Positions 16,405-26,583 of a DNA stretch of 64,000 bases are shown here, piece by piece. How positions within the stretch are numbered: position 1 is the first letter of the stretch; each line of letters starts with the position of its first letter. Source of the DNA: an uncultured delta proteobacterium. Its GTDB lineage: Bacteria; Myxococcota_A; Polyangia; Polyangiales; Polyangiaceae. The position numbers and the translations under genes are program-made. The notes under the pieces are model-generated. The model was not told the origin of the DNA. It searched no databases and saw only the letters and a program-made list of their open reading frames with translations. The stretch lies in contig CAWKKR010000007.1 of assembly GCA_963850305.1 (NCBI GenBank), forward strand, positions 928,001 to 992,000, in the 5' to 3' direction.

Positions 16405-18151
16405 ATGTTGCGTAAGCGCCTTGTAGGAGCGTTGTTGGCCGTCACCGTGGTCGGTGCGAATGCAACCGTTCCGCGAATTGCCCGCGCCCAGCAAGTGCTG
16501 GATCTCGACGATGATTCGGATTCGACGCCAGCCAAGAAAGGCGCCGCATCGAAGCCCGGCAAAAAGGGCACGGTGGATATCGACCTCGACGACAGCTCGG
16601 ACAAAGGCGGAGGCACGGCTGCGGCCGGACAGATGACGGAGCAAGCCGCCGCGGCAAAGCGGCTGTTCGACAAGGATCGTTACGCGGAAGCGGCGGTTTC
16701 GCTTTATCGCGTCGTGGCGGGTGAGACCGGGGACGACCCGGGCAACCAGCAACTCGCTCAGTATTATCTCGCCGTCTCTCTCTACAAGCTGAAGTTCTAC
16801 CAGGCGAGCTACGCGCTCTTCAGCCTCATCTCGATGCAGAAGACGCACCTCAAGTTCCGCGAGACGCTCCTCTGGCTCGCGAAGCTGGCGACGCAGCTGC
16901 CGGAGCCCGCGGACATCATCGAACGCGTCGGCAAGTACAGCGACGAGGAAGTCGCGCGCTTCGACAATCCGCAGCAAAAAGATCTGTTCTGGCAGCTCAA
17001 CTACATGCTCGGCCGCTACAAGTACCGGAACCGCGAGTACGAGGACGCGATCCGCCTGTTCCAGAAGGTGGATGAACAGAGCCCGTACTACGTCCAATCT
17101 CAGTTTTTCTCGGGCATCAGCTACGTGCAGCTCCGGAAGTCCGTCCCGGCGATCAAGTCGTTCCAGCGCGTCGAAAAGGCCGTGGACGAGGGCGCGCAGG
17201 GCGTCGAAGACGAGGGTCGCATGCGCGATCTCGCCTATCTGTCGATGGCCCGGACGTATTACTCGTCGTCGATTCAGCTGGATCCCGAGACGAACGCTCC
17301 GAACGTGAACAGCGAGAAGCTGAGCGCGGCGGTCAAGTACTGGAACCAGGTGGACGAGGCGAGCGAGTACTGGCTCGACGCGCTCTTCGAGGAGTCGTGG
17401 GCGTACTTCATGGCCGGCGACTATCCTCGCGCGCTCGGTAACATCCACACGATCCAGGCCCCGTACTTCCCGGGATCGTTCTATCCGGAAGCCGACATTC
17501 TCAAGGCGGTCATCTACTTCTCGAACTGCAACTACGAAGCGGCCACCACCGTGGTCGCACGGTTCAACAAGAAGTATCAGCCGATCCGCAAGGAGCTCGC
17601 GAAGGTCCTCAAGCACTTCAGCGGGGAGCCCGAGGAGGCGTACAAGTTCCTCCTCGCCGTTCGCGACGGCCAGGCCGATCTCGGATCCGAGCATCAAGAA
17701 CATCGTCCAGACGGCGATGAGCGACCGCCAGCTGCTCCGCAACATCGAGTACGTGAAGGTGCTCGACGCCGAGCTCGGGCGCTTCAAGGAGGCCCCCGGC
17801 CAGTTCCAGCAGTCGGGTCTCGGGCAACAGGTTCAGGATGCGCTGAAGCTCGCTCGCGAGATCGCGGTCAAGAACGCCGGCAAGCTCGCCAAGTCCCGCT
17901 ACGACCGGAACATGGACGACCTCGACGAGCACCTACGGAACGGCCAGAAGATTCTCATCGACATCACGGCCGCTCAGAGGAATTTGCTCGACGAGAAGAT
18001 GCAGCAGGGACAGGTGAGCAAGGTAGACGCGAAGATCTTCGGCGTGGTGAAGCCCGACGAAGAACACATCATTTGGCCGTTCCAGGGTGAGTACTGGCGC
18101 GACGAGCTCGGCTTTTATCGCCAGGTCGTCGAGTCGGCGTGTGGGAGATAA
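16405..18151 (+). CDS. gltC: Gliding motility protein GltC-like (periplasmic TPR); +1 frameshift at 17683-17684
   Basis: Signal peptide, TPRs, ALFEESWAYF, YPEADILKAVIY. C-terminus HIIWPFQGEYWRDELGFY lies in the 17717..18151 frame. Removing one G in CTCGGATCCG joins the two into ~581 aa. Confidence 0.8.
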
Positions 18152-18157
18152 TGAAAG

Positions 18158-21100
18158 ATGAGCGCTAAGCTAGCGTTACCGTTTCTGGCAGTTCTGAGTC
18201 TGCTTCTTCTGACCCCGTTCGCCAGAGCGGACCAGGACGACGATTCTTCGTCGTCGAAGACATCGTCGTCGGCGTCATCATCGTCGGGACCGGGGATAGC
18301 CAATCCGTCGGCGTCGAAGCGGCTCTCGAATGAATGCATCTCGGATGACGCCTACAAGGAGCTCGAGGCGTGCCCGGGCGGCCCGAAGAAGTTCGACATC
18401 CACCAGAAGCGGGGCGCCGCGTTCAAGAGCGCTCCGCCTCCGGTCGAAAAGAAGGAGCGGACCGACGCCAAGCCACCGCCGCCGAGCGAAGCGATGGCGG
18501 CCGGCGAACGCGACGAGCGCAAGACGCGCTTGAAGGCGCGCGCCCGGGAGCTGCTCATCACGGAGATCACGGGGCTCGAGGGGCTGTACGGGAGTACGCG
18601 GCGGCATTCGCCCGATCGCCCGCAGCTCGTGAGGCGCCTCGCGGAGAACTACGTCGAGCTCGAAACGGCAGCGCAGCACGACAAGACGCAGGCGGAGGTC
18701 AACGCGGACGACGCGAAGCACCAGAAGAACCGCTCGAAGTACGAGCATTCCCGTGGCGAGGCGGCGAAGGCGAAGCGGATCCTCGATTCAGCACGGCAGA
18801 ACGCGATCAAGTTCTACACCGTGATGAAGAAGGACTACCCGAACTACTCGAAGATCGACGAGGTGCTCTATTACCTCGCGTACGAGTACGAGCAGGCCGG
18901 GGACCTAGACAACGCGCGCAAGGTCTACTTCGAGCTGATCCAGAGCGCGCCGAAGTCCAAGTACATCCCCAACGCCTATCTGGCGTTCGGCGAGCTCTTC
19001 TTCCAGGAAGCCATGGGCGACCCGTCGAAGTGGGATCTCTCCGCGGAAGCCTACAAGCAGGTGCTCAAGTATCCCCCGCCCGACAACAAGGTCTGGGGCT
19101 ACGCGCACTACAAGCTCGGCTACGTCTACTGGAACACCGGGGACTTTCCGAAGGCGATCCAGGAGTTCAAGGAGACCATCGAGTACGGCGATAAGTACTC
19201 CGATCAGCCGAACGCCGTGCAGCTTCAGAAGGCCGCTCGCAAGGACATGATCCCCGTCTACGCGATCGCCGGGAAGCCCGACAAGGCCTACAACTTCTTC
19301 CAGCCGCTATCGGGTGACAGCGAGGGCAGCGACACGAAGACGCTCGGCATGTTGAACGACCTCGGCACGTCGTACCTCGACACCGGCCACTACCCGGAAG
19401 CCATCGTTCTCTACCACGAGCTGATGAGTCGCGACAAAGGCGACCGGTACTGCGAGTACGAGACGAAGGTGAGCCAGGCCACCCAGGCGTTGAACGCCGG
19501 CGACAAGGGCGCGGTCATCAAGGAGTTCGACAATCAGGTTCGGGTGCGCAAGGAATTCCTCGCAGGGAACCATTCCCAGAAATCCAAGGACCAGTGCTCG
19601 AACGACACGGCAGAGCTCCTCTCCGAGGCGGCCATGAGCTGGCACCTGGAGGCCGTGGGTAGCAACGGAACTCGCGGTACGGGCAGCCAGGACACGATGG
19701 ACAAGGCGGCGATCCTTTATCGAAAGGTCGTCGACAATTTCAAAGCCGCCGATTTCGACAAGTTCACGTTTCCGCGCATCGTCAAGGAGGACTGGCCGAC
19801 ACTCTTCAAGATCAAGTACGCGATGGCGGACTTGCTCTACTTCCAGCAGAAGTGGGACCAGTGCGGACCTGCGTTCGACTCGGTCGTCGAGGAGAATCCC
19901 ACCGGTTCCGAGGCACCGGAAGCTGCTTACGCATCGGTGCTCTGCTACCAGAAGATGTACGACCAGGCTCACAAGGGGAATGAGGACAAGAAGGGTCGGG
20001 GCCTCGGTCCGACGGGGGCCGATGCCAAGGACCGCCAGGCGAAGAAGGGAGAGTGGCAGAAGGTCAAGCCGCTGCCCTTCACGGACATGCAAAAAGGCAT
20101 GATCCAGGCTTTCAATCGGTACGTTTGCTACATCAAGCCACCCGAGGGCGACAAGGACGCGCTTTCTCAGTACATCGAGGTCAAATACGCGCGTGCGCGC
20201 ACTTACTTCGAAGCGCAGCACTGGGAAGAAGCTGCGATCGCGTTCCGTGACGTCGCGCTGAGTTATCCCAACAGCGACGCCGCGGGCTACGCCGCGAACC
20301 TCTACCTGGAGTCGCTGAACGTTCTCGGGTCTCGCTCGGAGCCGCCGAAGCCGTCGTGCTTCGACGACATGGCGGGCGACGTCCCGACGTTCATCAAGCT
20401 GTACTGCCAGGGCAGCAAGGCGAACGACAACAAGGAGCAGTGCGATCTGCTCGCACGCATCCAGTGCGACATCAAGCGCCTCAGGGCGCAGAAGATTGTC
20501 GAGCTAGCCGACAACATGGCCGACAAGGGCCAGGACGGCGCGCTGGACAAGTACAAAGAAGGCGGCGACGCGTACATCGAGCTGTGGCGCACGTACGGCG
20601 AGCAGCAGACCCAGAACGGGGAGCCGTCGCAGTGCGGCAAGATGGACGAAATTCTCTACAACGCGGCGCAAGCGTACCAGGCGGGTCGTCTGCTCGCGAA
20701 GTCCATCAACGTCAGACGTATCCTTCTCGACCCGAAGTACAAGCTGAACGACTCGGACGTCGCGAAGAAGTCCATTTATCAGATCGGCAAGAACTATCAG
20801 GCGATTGCCGTCTACGACGTCGCAGCGAACTATTTCGAAAAGTACGCCGACGCGACGAAGTACCAGGGCGAGGACGCCGATCAGGCGATAAGCGACGCAG
20901 TGGTGCTCCGGCTCGGGCTCGGTCAGGCCGACGAGGCCATCGACGACGCGAAGAACTTCGACAAGTACTACGGTGCCAAGAAGCCTCAGCTCACCGCCCA
21001 GATCGCGTTCGCGATCGCGGACCACTACGCCCAGAAGGAGGACTGGGAAAACACCCGGAAGCAGCTGGCTGGCGCGCTGCGGCTGATCGACAAGAACGCA

Positions 21101-21952
21101 ACGGCGGACGTTCAGGTCATGGCGCACACGCTCCTGGCGCGTGCGCTGACGAAGCTGAATCAACCGACACCCGCGGGACGAGAATACGCAAAGGTCGTAT
21201 CGCTCTGGAAGGATCCGCAGAAGGCCGTATCCGCGATTCAAGCCATCCCGGGCGAAGACGATGCGGGTAAGCAGCGGCGAATCGGCAAAGCGCTGACCGC
21301 TGTCGGTGAGGCGTACTTCTACTTCGCGGAGCAGAAGCGCGCGAAGGTCGATAAGATCATCTTCCCCGTCTACAAGGGCAAGGGGACGATCGAGGACGTC
21401 AAGAAGCACATCAACACGAAGGTGAAGGACTGGATCACGAAGAAGCGGCCGCTCATCGAGGAGGCAACGGGCGAGTACAAGAAGATCGTGGATCTCCAGC
21501 CTGTACCGCCGCCGCAGTGGGTCATCGCTGCGGGCTCTCGCGTGGGGTCCATGTGGGGCCAGTTCGTGAAAGAGTTCCGGGCGGCGCCCATTCCGGATTC
21601 GATCCGGAAGGACGTGGAGCTCCGGCAGACGTATTACGCGTCGCTCGACGACGCTTCGGAGCCTCAGAAACAGATGGCGCGGGGTGCCTTCAAGACGTGC
21701 CTCGACTACTCGGTTCAGTATCAATACTTCGACGAGTTCAGTCGTGCTTGCGAGGAGTGGCTCGCGCAGAACTACAAGTCGGAGTTCCACTTGATTGACG
21801 AGTTCCGCGGATCGCCGAACCGCGTGAACAGCGTGATCAGCGAGCGCGCCTACCCGCTTCAGATCAGCGGGGAGCCGTACATCATCACCACGGTGCAGAA
21901 GGCCGCGAGGCCGGCGAAGAAGGAAGACAACACGAGCGACAAGAAGAAGTGA
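18158..21952 (+). CDS. gltD: Large periplasmic TPR protein, GltD(AgmU)-like
   Basis: Signal peptide, 1264 aa, TPRs (DEVLYYLAYEY, AYLAFGELFF, AHYKLGYVYWN). Lies directly upstream of gltE-F-G-like genes. Confidence 0.75.
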   Translation: MSAKLALPFLAVLSLLLLTPFARADQDDDSSSSKTSSSASSSSGPGIANPSASKRLSNECISDDAYKELEACPGGPKKFDIHQKRGAAFKSAPPPVEKKERTDAKPPPPSEAMAAGERDERKTRLKARARELLITEITGLEGLYGSTRRHSPDRPQLVRRLAENYVELETAAQHDKTQAEVNADDAKHQKNRSKYEHSRGEAAKAKRILDSARQNAIKFYTVMKKDYPNYSKIDEVLYYLAYEYEQAGDLDNARKVYFELIQSAPKSKYIPNAYLAFGELFFQEAMGDPSKWDLSAEAYKQVLKYPPPDNKVWGYAHYKLGYVYWNTGDFPKAIQEFKETIEYGDKYSDQPNAVQLQKAARKDMIPVYAIAGKPDKAYNFFQPLSGDSEGSDTKTLGMLNDLGTSYLDTGHYPEAIVLYHELMSRDKGDRYCEYETKVSQATQALNAGDKGAVIKEFDNQVRVRKEFLAGNHSQKSKDQCSNDTAELLSEAAMSWHLEAVGSNGTRGTGSQDTMDKAAILYRKVVDNFKAADFDKFTFPRIVKEDWPTLFKIKYAMADLLYFQQKWDQCGPAFDSVVEENPTGSEAPEAAYASVLCYQKMYDQAHKGNEDKKGRGLGPTGADAKDRQAKKGEWQKVKPLPFTDMQKGMIQAFNRYVCYIKPPEGDKDALSQYIEVKYARARTYFEAQHWEEAAIAFRDVALSYPNSDAAGYAANLYLESLNVLGSRSEPPKPSCFDDMAGDVPTFIKLYCQGSKANDNKEQCDLLARIQCDIKRLRAQKIVELADNMADKGQDGALDKYKEGGDAYIELWRTYGEQQTQNGEPSQCGKMDEILYNAAQAYQAGRLLAKSINVRRILLDPKYKLNDSDVAKKSIYQIGKNYQAIAVYDVAANYFEKYADATKYQGEDADQAISDAVVLRLGLGQADEAIDDAKNFDKYYGAKKPQLTAQIAFAIADHYAQKEDWENTRKQLAGALRLIDKNATADVQVMAHTLLARALTKLNQPTPAGREYAKVVSLWKDPQKAVSAIQAIPGEDDAGKQRRIGKALTAVGEAYFYFAEQKRAKVDKIIFPVYKGKGTIEDVKKHINTKVKDWITKKRPLIEEATGEYKKIVDLQPVPPPQWVIAAGSRVGSMWGQFVKEFRAAPIPDSIRKDVELRQTYYASLDDASEPQKQMARGAFKTCLDYSVQYQYFDEFSRACEEWLAQNYKSEFHLIDEFRGSPNRVNSVISERAYPLQISGEPYIITTVQKAARPAKKEDNTSDKKK

Positions 21953-21956
21953 CGTC

Positions 21957-21977
21957 GGGAGCCCTTCGGGGGCTCCC
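21957..21977 (+). other. GC-rich hairpin between gltD and gltE
   Basis: GGGAGCCC-TTCGG-GGGCTCCC inverted repeat with no clear U-tract. Possible mRNA stabiliser or weak terminator. Confidence 0.45.
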
Positions 21978-22009
21978 CTTCCGATTGTCCTGCAAGTTTC
22001 AAGGAGCTC

Positions 22010-23626
22010 ATGATGACGCGCGTTTTTTCGAGTTTGGTCGTCGCAGGGGTGCTGTTTCAGCTGACGGGGTGCGGCGGAGGCGCCGGGGCGAACAGCAAGC
22101 CTGCGGAGGAATTGCCGCCGTCACAGGCGAGTGGGTTCAAGACGAGTGCCGGCGTGGCGGTGCACAAGGAGGCGGCAAAGGGATTCGACGAGGCACTGAA
22201 GGCGTTCGTCGGACATGACAAGGCCTTCGATTGGACGCCGGACTCCTGCAAGGAAGTGGCCGGCATGTTCATGAAGGCGTCGGACGTGCAGCAATCGGCC
22301 ACGAACCGCGGCTTTCCTTCGGCGCTCTACAACGCGGGGCTTTCGTACCAGCGCTGCGAGCTCCAGGGGGACGCCCAGAAGGAGTTTCAGGCGGCTCTCG
22401 ACGCGGACAAGAGCTTTCACCGCGCCGCCACGCAGCTTGCGCTTTACGACTATCAGAAGACGCAGGACCTCGACGCTACGATCGACAAGCTGAACCAGAT
22501 CATTCGTGACGCGAAGTTTCAGGACACGGACGCGCTCGTGAGCGTCGCTGCGCTGCAGATGGAGCGCGCGAACGATCAGTCCGATTCCGACGGCAAAAAC
22601 GATCTCGAACGCGCCGTGAAGAATATCCAGCGCGCGCTTGCCATCGACGACACGTTCATGCCGGCGTTCAACCAGCTTGCCATTTACTATCTCGAGCAAG
22701 CCAAGGCCAAAGCCGGTCGAAAGGTGGGCCGGCAAACGGGTCTCGTCGTCTCGGGTCAGTCGCGGAAAGGCGTGGATCAGCAGATGCTCGATCTCGCTGC
22801 GCTCGTGTCCGCCCAGGGCGTTGCGAAGAACCCAAAGTATGCCGCTATTTACAACACGGCCGGTCTCATCCAGGTGGAGCAGCGCAATTACAACGGCGCC
22901 GTGAAGAGCTTCAAGAAGGCGCGGGAGCTCGATCCAAGCTTCTTCGAAGCGGACATGAACTACGGCGCGGTGAATCTGTCGTTCCGCGGCTTCAAGGAAG
23001 CAGATGCGGCGTATCGCGAGGCCATCAAGCTGAAGCCGAAAGAGTACGAGGCGCACCTCGGGCTCGCACTTGCGCTACGCGGCGACATCGACGACTCGAA
23101 CTTCGACAAGAACGTCGCGGAAGCGCAGAGCGAGCTGGACCAGTGCAAGAAGCTCGCGCCCGATCGTCCCGAGACGTACTACAACGAGGCGATTCTCACG
23201 CAGGAGTATCGCGCCAAGGGCTCTCAGGAGCAGGCGATCCCCATGCTGAAGAAGGCCGCGGACATCTACCGGACCTTCGTGGAGAAGGCGCAAGGGAACG
23301 ATGCGTTTGCCGCCGCCGTGAAGCGCGCGAAGGAACGCACGCAGGACATCCAGGACACGATCAAGTTCGTCGAGGAGGGTGAAGCCGCGCGGAAAGCCGA
23401 TGAGGAAGCGCAGAAGGCGGCCGCGGCTGCTGCGGCCGCCGCACCGCCGGCATCGACCACGCCCCCACCAGCAGCATCGGGTACCGCGCCACCGGGTGGC
23501 GCGGCGGCGCCAGCGCCGGCGGCGCCAGCCAAAAATGATAGCGTTGGCGGATGCCTTTTTGAGGAATCGCGCCCTCGAGCCGGAACTTTGCGCCGCCTGG
23601 CGTGTCAGAGTCTGACAGCGGGATGA
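22010..23626 (+). CDS. gltE: TPR lipoprotein, GltE(AglT)-like; true end probably 23538
   Basis: AGGAG RBS, lipobox LTGC, TPRs and an Ala/Pro tail. GCC-AAAAA-TGA-TAG at 23528-23541 would read A-K-K-stop-stop with one more A. Confidence 0.75.
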   Translation: MMTRVFSSLVVAGVLFQLTGCGGGAGANSKPAEELPPSQASGFKTSAGVAVHKEAAKGFDEALKAFVGHDKAFDWTPDSCKEVAGMFMKASDVQQSATNRGFPSALYNAGLSYQRCELQGDAQKEFQAALDADKSFHRAATQLALYDYQKTQDLDATIDKLNQIIRDAKFQDTDALVSVAALQMERANDQSDSDGKNDLERAVKNIQRALAIDDTFMPAFNQLAIYYLEQAKAKAGRKVGRQTGLVVSGQSRKGVDQQMLDLAALVSAQGVAKNPKYAAIYNTAGLIQVEQRNYNGAVKSFKKARELDPSFFEADMNYGAVNLSFRGFKEADAAYREAIKLKPKEYEAHLGLALALRGDIDDSNFDKNVAEAQSELDQCKKLAPDRPETYYNEAILTQEYRAKGSQEQAIPMLKKAADIYRTFVEKAQGNDAFAAAVKRAKERTQDIQDTIKFVEEGEAARKADEEAQKAAAAAAAAAPPASTTPPPAASGTAPPGGAAAPAPAAPAKNDSVGGCLFEESRPRAGTLRRLACQSLTAG

Positions 23627-23646
23627 TCAGGGCAGCCATAACAGGG

Positions 23647-23676
23647 TTGACGTGAGACTGGCCTCCTGAGTACGAT
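23647..23676 (+). promoter_or_regulatory. Candidate internal sigma70 promoter for gltF-gltG
   Basis: TTGACG-N18-TACGAT about 40 nt upstream of the gltF start. Confidence 0.55.
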
Positions 23677-23714
23677 ATCACTGTAATTTGTCGGAAAATT
23701 CTGTGGAGGCTGCA

Positions 23715-23984
23715 ATGATGCGATCAGTACGTGTCGGGTTGGCTGGCGTGGCGCTCGGGGCGATCGTTTTGGTGTCGAGTGGACGCGCCTTTGCGCAAGA
23801 CAAGGGCGGAGACGACAAGAGCGCGGGCTACGGCTATTCGTTCGATGACGATCCACTGAGCGCCGGCGGCTTTGGTCCGAACGACGCGACAATTCGAGTT
23901 CGTCCGCGAGCTGCGCGTACGACCTTGATTCGTCCTCGAACGTCGTTCGTGCCGGAGATGTTGAAGTCCGTAGAGAGCTTGTAG
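23715..23984 (+). CDS. gltF: Small exported gliding protein GltF(CglF)-like
   Basis: GGAGG RBS, signal peptide (AFA-Q), YSFDDDPL and C-terminal TLIRPRTSFVPEMLKSVESL. Position between gltE and gltG. Confidence 0.8.
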   Translation: MMRSVRVGLAGVALGAIVLVSSGRAFAQDKGGDDKSAGYGYSFDDDPLSAGGFGPNDATIRVRPRAARTTLIRPRTSFVPEMLKSVESL

Positions 23985-24077
23985 TCGTTGAGCGAGGTCG
24001 GTCGCGGATTTGATGCGGGAGACTACTCCCGCGGGGAAACCTTTGCCGGGATAGCACCGAGGAATCGATAGAGAAGC

Positions 24078-26132
24078 ATGGCCAAAGCCGTTCTAAACTT
24101 CGCGATTTATCGCAGCGACGCATTCGAGCGACGAGAGAGCATCGCTCAGGACATCGTAAAGGTCGGCAAGGATCCCAAGAGTCATCTGCGCATCGACGAC
24201 GAAGCGGCGTCGCGCATGCATGCGGTGATCGAGGTCGGCGGTCCTGAGGACATCACCCTGATCGATCTCGGGAACGATCCCGGCACGCTCGTGAACGGCG
24301 CGCGGGTCAATAAATGCAAGCTGCACGTCGGGGACAAGATCGAGATTGGCCAGACCCAGCTGATGCTGGAGTCGGCGGAGTCCCAGGGCGAGCCCGTCGC
24401 TGCTGGGTTCGCATCAGCAGCGCCGAAGGCTGCCGTCGCGTCGAACCCATTCGCGGCGGGCGCGGGTGGCGGGTCGAACCCGTTTGCTGCGGCATCGAAC
24501 CCATTTGCCGCCGCGGCTGCGGCATCGAACCCATTCGCGGCGGCGTCGAATCCGTTTGCCGCTCCGGCGAGCCCCTTTGCGCCGAGTCCGGCTGCGCACG
24601 GGCACGGTCGCCACGGTGTCCCGGATGACGCGCCGCCAGGGACCTACACGTACACGCTCGTCAAGAGTGGTCCGGACGTGTCTGCGGACGAGGTCGAGCT
24701 CGTCCACGTGCAGGCGGTCGAAGTCATGGTGCTTTGGGGTGCGAACGTGCTGCACGTCTCGCATCTGACGCCCCCGCGAAATTTTTACGTGGGTGAAGAG
24801 CAGGGTAAGAATTTTTCGACGGATTTCTTCATTCCGTCGGAACAGCTCGGGACCACGCGCATGCCGGTGGTCCTCGCCGACAGCGGTTCGATCAGCGTCG
24901 TGATTCCGGCCGGTGCGAGAGGCTCGGTGGAGCTTCCAGGGCAGCCGAAGATGTCGCTGGACGAGGTGCGGCAACGCGCGCAGCCGTGCGCGGAAATGAG
25001 CGGGGCGCAACAGTTCCCGATAGGCACGGGGGGCAAGGCCCGGATCGAGCTCAATGACTTCGTGTTTCAGGTCGCGGCCGTCAACGCTGGCAAGCCGATA
25101 AAGCACGGCGTGGGTGCGGGGCTCGACTGGGGCGTCCTTCTTTACTTCGGTGCGTCGATTCTGGGTGTCGGCGGGTTCATCGCCGCGATGGCGTTCTTCG
25201 TGCCGCCGCTCGGGCTCACGGATGACGAGGACATCGATAAGAACGCACTGTATCTGATGCAGCAATTCCTCGATGCCGCTGCCGAGCGTGAACAGGAGGA
25301 AAAGCAGACCGAGCAGCCTCCGGACGCGAACGCCGACAACAAAGAAGGTGGCACCGGTACGCGAGCCAAGGGTGAAGAAGGCTCGATGGGCAAGCAGGAC
25401 AGCAAGGCGACGAACAAGCGCTACGCCGTCCAGGGCCCGCAGGACAATCCGGATCCGCACATTGCCCGGCAGGCTGCGCTGCGCGAGGCGATGGAGTTCG
25501 GCATGATCGGCCTTTTGAACACGGGCGCCGCTGGCGATCCGAATGCGCCCACGGCACCGTGGGGTCGCGATACGTCGCTCGGGTCGGACTCCGTGAGCGC
25601 CATGGGCAACATGTTCGGCGACGAGATCGGCGACGCCTACGGTGCGGGCGGTCTCGGCTTGTCGGGTATCGGAGAGGGAGGCGGCGGTCGCGGGGAGGGC
25701 ATCGGTCTCGGTTCGATCGGGACGCTCGGGCACGGTGCGGGGACGGGTACCGGGCAGGGCTTTGGCTCCGGGCATGGCCGTCTGGGCGGTGATCACGTCG
25801 CGAAGGCGCCCAAGGTGCGCATGGGGCAAACGACCGTCAGCGGCCGGCTGCCACCGGAAGTCATTCAGCGTATCGTTCGACAGAACTACGGTCGGTTCCG
25901 GCTCTGTTACGAGCAGGGCCTCGCGCGAAACCCGAACCTGGAGGGACGCGTGCAGGTGAGGTTCGTGATCGGTCGGGACGGTTCGGTCTCGAACGTGGGA
26001 AATGGTGGGTCCGACATCCCGGATTCGGCCGTGGTTCAGTGCGTGATCCGCAACTATTACGGTCTGAGTTTCCCGCAGCCCGAGGGCGGCATCGTGACGG
26101 TCGTGTATCCGATCATGTTCTCCCCGGGCTAG
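24078..26132 (+). CDS. gltG: GltG(PglI)-like: FHA domain, TM helix, Gly-rich linker, TonB-C-like C-terminal domain
   Basis: FHA (VGKDPKSHLRIDD...SRMHAVI...DLG...GTLVNG), TM, GGLGLSGIGEGGGG, and IQRIVRQNYGRFRLCYEQGLARNPNLEGRV...FPQPEGGIVTVVYPIMF. Confidence 0.85.
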   Translation: MAKAVLNFAIYRSDAFERRESIAQDIVKVGKDPKSHLRIDDEAASRMHAVIEVGGPEDITLIDLGNDPGTLVNGARVNKCKLHVGDKIEIGQTQLMLESAESQGEPVAAGFASAAPKAAVASNPFAAGAGGGSNPFAAASNPFAAAAAASNPFAAASNPFAAPASPFAPSPAAHGHGRHGVPDDAPPGTYTYTLVKSGPDVSADEVELVHVQAVEVMVLWGANVLHVSHLTPPRNFYVGEEQGKNFSTDFFIPSEQLGTTRMPVVLADSGSISVVIPAGARGSVELPGQPKMSLDEVRQRAQPCAEMSGAQQFPIGTGGKARIELNDFVFQVAAVNAGKPIKHGVGAGLDWGVLLYFGASILGVGGFIAAMAFFVPPLGLTDDEDIDKNALYLMQQFLDAAAEREQEEKQTEQPPDANADNKEGGTGTRAKGEEGSMGKQDSKATNKRYAVQGPQDNPDPHIARQAALREAMEFGMIGLLNTGAAGDPNAPTAPWGRDTSLGSDSVSAMGNMFGDEIGDAYGAGGLGLSGIGEGGGGRGEGIGLGSIGTLGHGAGTGTGQGFGSGHGRLGGDHVAKAPKVRMGQTTVSGRLPPEVIQRIVRQNYGRFRLCYEQGLARNPNLEGRVQVRFVIGRDGSVSNVGNGGSDIPDSAVVQCVIRNYYGLSFPQPEGGIVTVVYPIMFSPG

Positions 26133-26494
26133 GGGCCGCTTCCGTTGGGATTGCGTGAGCACGCGGATCGGCTGACGCCGCCGGTCCCCACACGGCCATA
26201 CGTTTCCGCCACACCGACGGCGGTTACGCGCGTCGCAAGCGGTCGTCGGCGAACGCGGGCGGTTCCGGACAGCTAGGGAATGCGCGAGGTCGCTCAGCGT
26301 CTACGTGCGACCCTGGTTCCCGCCGCGTGACGCTCGGCCCACAAGGAGATCGATCGAGGTGATCGAAGCCGAACGAACCGATGAAACGCGGGCTGAGCTG
26401 GAAGCCATGGCGCGCCTTCGAGCCGACGCGAGCACACGGTTCATCTCGCCGCGGAAAGCCCTGGAAACGTGGGTGAATCGCGTCGACGAACGGC

Positions 26495-26523
26495 TTTACT
26501 TCAGAGCGGCCGGTATCTATGCT
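26495..26523 (+). promoter_or_regulatory. Candidate sigma70 promoter for the TPR lipoprotein-gltI unit
   Basis: TTTACT-N17-TATGCT about 60 nt upstream of ATG 26584. Confidence 0.4.
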
Positions 26524-26583
26524 CGTGTCCTTGTCCAGGCTGTCAGTCCCAACGTCCGCAGGACAAAGGGAAGGGTGCTCGTG

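Noticed and set aside
15802..17787. 661-aa minus-strand ORF and similar long antisense ORFs (24414-26162, 28112-29890, 9702-11009)
   Set aside because: Shadow frames of well-supported genes in high-GC DNA, with no recognisable motifs.
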